Shown here piece by piece: positions 16,616 through 18,330 of a DNA stretch of 18,330 nt. The stretch covers positions 1 to 18,330 of the forward strand of contig CAVUVW010000003.1 of the NCBI GenBank assembly GCA_963745035.1. The letters are read 5' to 3'. Both the position numbers and the translations under genes were made by a program. Within the stretch, counting starts at the first letter, position 1. Every line of letters starts with the position of its first letter. A model generated the notes under the pieces. That model worked only from the letters and a program-made list of their open reading frames with translations. It was not told the origin of the DNA and ran no database searches. Source of the stretch: an uncultured delta proteobacterium. Its GTDB lineage: Bacteria; Desulfobacterota; Binatia; UBA9968.

Positions 16616-18159
16616 CTATACTGCTCCAACCGAGGCGATCTTCTCGATATTATGCACCAAGCTGAATAATTGCCATTGCGTGTTCACTTTCTGTTTGCCG
16701 CGTAGCGTAAATCGGTTCATTCCCTTGTTCTTTAAATTCCCAAACACCGGCTCCACTATCGCGATCCGTTTGTTGTAGATGAACCGCCCGAATAGGGTGT
16801 CAAATTTGCGCCGCATCTTCTCGATCGGGCTCTCCTTGGTTTTTTCGCTGCGACCGATGAAGATCGTGATTTGCTTGGTCTCGGTGGTCTCGGCGTCTTT
16901 AAACACCGCTGTCGCAGGATACAAGGCCCACACGCCGATTGGGCTCCCCGGAACTTGACACCGAGAAATCCATGGACGTTAATATTGCTGCCGTTTCGAT
17001 ACAGCCGATTGCCCGCCGGACAACGGCAGCTTCGATCCTTCTCATCGTAAATAAAGTCCTTGGCCGTGAAGCGCTGGGAATCAATCCCGTAATAACGGCG
17101 CTTGTCTTTTCGAAATCGAATTTTATACCTATCGTAGTCCGCAAACGCAGGGTCGCGCTGACGATGGCTGCGATCAGCAATGTAGGCGTCGATGCTATTC
17201 TCTTGGGTGTACGTAACCGAGGCGCCGCTGTGATAGCCCGCATCGGCCGTCAGTTTCGCTTGCTCAAACACATCCGGGGAGATCTTTGCCGCTTGGAGCC
17301 CTTCGCGCGTGCTCTCCAGCATGGGCTGAAGTAAGTGCGCCTCTTGACCTTCGCCGTGGGCTTGGGCGTTGACTATGATCTGATGCTTCTCATCGACCAC
17401 CGCCACTCCGTTGTAGCCTTGGATCACCCCATGGCTGGTCGACATCTTGGCGCTCTGGGGATCGGTGATATTACTCTTGCGCTCATTACCACTGGGACCG
17501 ATGTTTTTTTGGTTGGATTCTGAAAACTTCTTGATCTTTTCGATCTTACGCTTGTAGGTGGCCAGTTTCTTGTCGTCCTGTTCAGCCATCGGGCTCAACT
17601 TTTCCTTGTCATCGCGGCCTCGGTGCCGAGCGACAATCTTTTTGGCCGCCGCTTCGTACTTCTGTTGCTTGTTCTTTAATTCATCGTGAGTCCCGCTCCA
17701 TTCCTTAGAGGCGTTGGAGGGTAATTTACAGCCGTCAATGGCGAAGGTCTCTTTGCCGATCAGCCCCAGAGCGTCGGCGTACATCAATACGTCACGAAAA
17801 ACTCGGGCGATTTCCTGGTGCATTGTCGCTACAAAGTCGGCGATCGTGGTGAAGTGAGGTTGGGTGTCGGCCGTCAGCGCTTTGAACTGGACATTGCGTT
17901 GGCAGGCTTCGGCTAAGCGCCGGCTGGAAATCAATCCCTTATAGTAACCAAACAAGACGATCTTGAGCAGAATCGCAGGATCGTAAGCTAAACACCCGGT
18001 GTCATCATTTTGGTAGCGGGCTTCAAAAGGACGCAGATCGATATGTTCATCGACGATTTCGTTGAGAGCGTATTCAAAACTTCCGGGTATGATTTGATCT
18101 GGAAACGATACAGGGACTAAAGTGACTTGGTTAACGTCATACGGCTTGTATCGCGCCAT
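16616..18159 (-). CDS. IS1182-family DDE transposase; one base missing near 16892
   Basis: AYDPAILLKIVLFGY..SSRRLAEAC, PHFTTIADF, AIDGCKLPSNAS, NITDPQS, QGYN, ADAGY, CPAG and C..C.LRQRC; after the frameshift, YNKRIAIVEPVFGNLK..RFTLRGKQKVNTQW..HNIEK. Confidence 0.93.
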
Positions 18160-18189
18160 CGAGTAGAAATGACCTCCGTTGAGGGGTGT

Positions 18190-18207
18190 GCGTTGCGATC
18201 GCAACGC
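18190..18207. repeat. Perfect 18-bp palindrome in the transposase 5' leader
   Basis: GCGTTGCGATCGCAACGC is its own reverse complement. Confidence 0.85.
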
Positions 18208-18254
18208 CCTTGTCGCAGGGAAATATAACCTAAAATGACTTTTTCTACACCCTC

Positions 18255-18308
18255 AACGTTGCAGTACAGGCCGATTGCTAAAAGCGCCGGCTGAGCACCC
18301 CGTTAGCC
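18255..18308 (+). other. Remainder of the IS-interrupted attC
   Basis: AAC-GTTGC-AGTACAGG-CCG...CG-GCTGAGC (L', 18290)-ACCCC-GTTAGCC (18302). Joined to GCCTAAC it gives a 58-bp site; L'' is imperfect. Confidence 0.75.
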
Positions 18309-18330
18309 CCAAGGCTGTTCCGCTGCTGCA

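Larger units (their letters stand above)
16486..18254 (-). mobile_element. IS1182-family insertion sequence (about 1769 bp) with 3-bp AAC target duplication
   Basis: Ends GAGCCTGTAAGTAAA (16486) and, as reverse complement, GAGGGTGTAGAAAAA (18254) match at 10/15. AAC occurs at both 16483-16485 and 18255-18257. Confidence 0.85.
14148..18308 (+). mobile_element. Integron gene-cassette array without intI in the window (CALIN-like); may continue past the right edge
   Basis: Short, unrelated, co-oriented ORFs, each preceded by a GTTAGRC core and followed by an RYYTAAC-like box with a GCTGCA-type L'' box. Two stop codons lie inside the R'' box. Confidence 0.85.

Noticed and set aside
16206-16665. 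ORFs 16206..16457 and 16411..16665
   Set aside because: They cross attC or IS boundaries, lack an RBS and show no protein-family features.
16880-16900. Programmed frameshift in the transposase
   Set aside because: No slippery heptamer; IS1182 transposases are normally single ORFs; similar indels occur throughout the window.

Overview
GC-rich bacterial DNA with two parts. The gene content (tandem NMT1/SsuA-like binding proteins, UbiD, Ltp2-like thiolase) suggests a soil or sediment catabolic lineage such as Ca. Binatia, but this is only an inference. (1) About 130-13917 is a metabolic region: a minus-strand DapA-family aldolase / CADD-like di-iron protein / UbiD decarboxylase cluster, a cyclophilin, a carboxyltransferase / CoA-transferase A / GlcG / CoA-transferase B cluster, three ABC substrate-binding proteins, a thiolase-like + DUF35 pair, and several intergenic palindromic repeats. 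Seven genes in the window carry single-base frameshifts, mostly in short homopolymers, which are probably sequencing errors. (2) About 14148-18308 is an integron gene-cassette array with no integrase in the window (CALIN-like). It starts right after a truncated ornithine cyclodeaminase gene. It has five intact or decayed attC sites plus an extra core site, and cassettes for a DUF3291 protein, a putative HEPN (RxxxxH) protein and a secreted protein. The most striking feature is an IS1182-family element inserted immediately after the AAC of an attC R'' box. It duplicates AAC, so an attC-like site is regenerated downstream of the IS.
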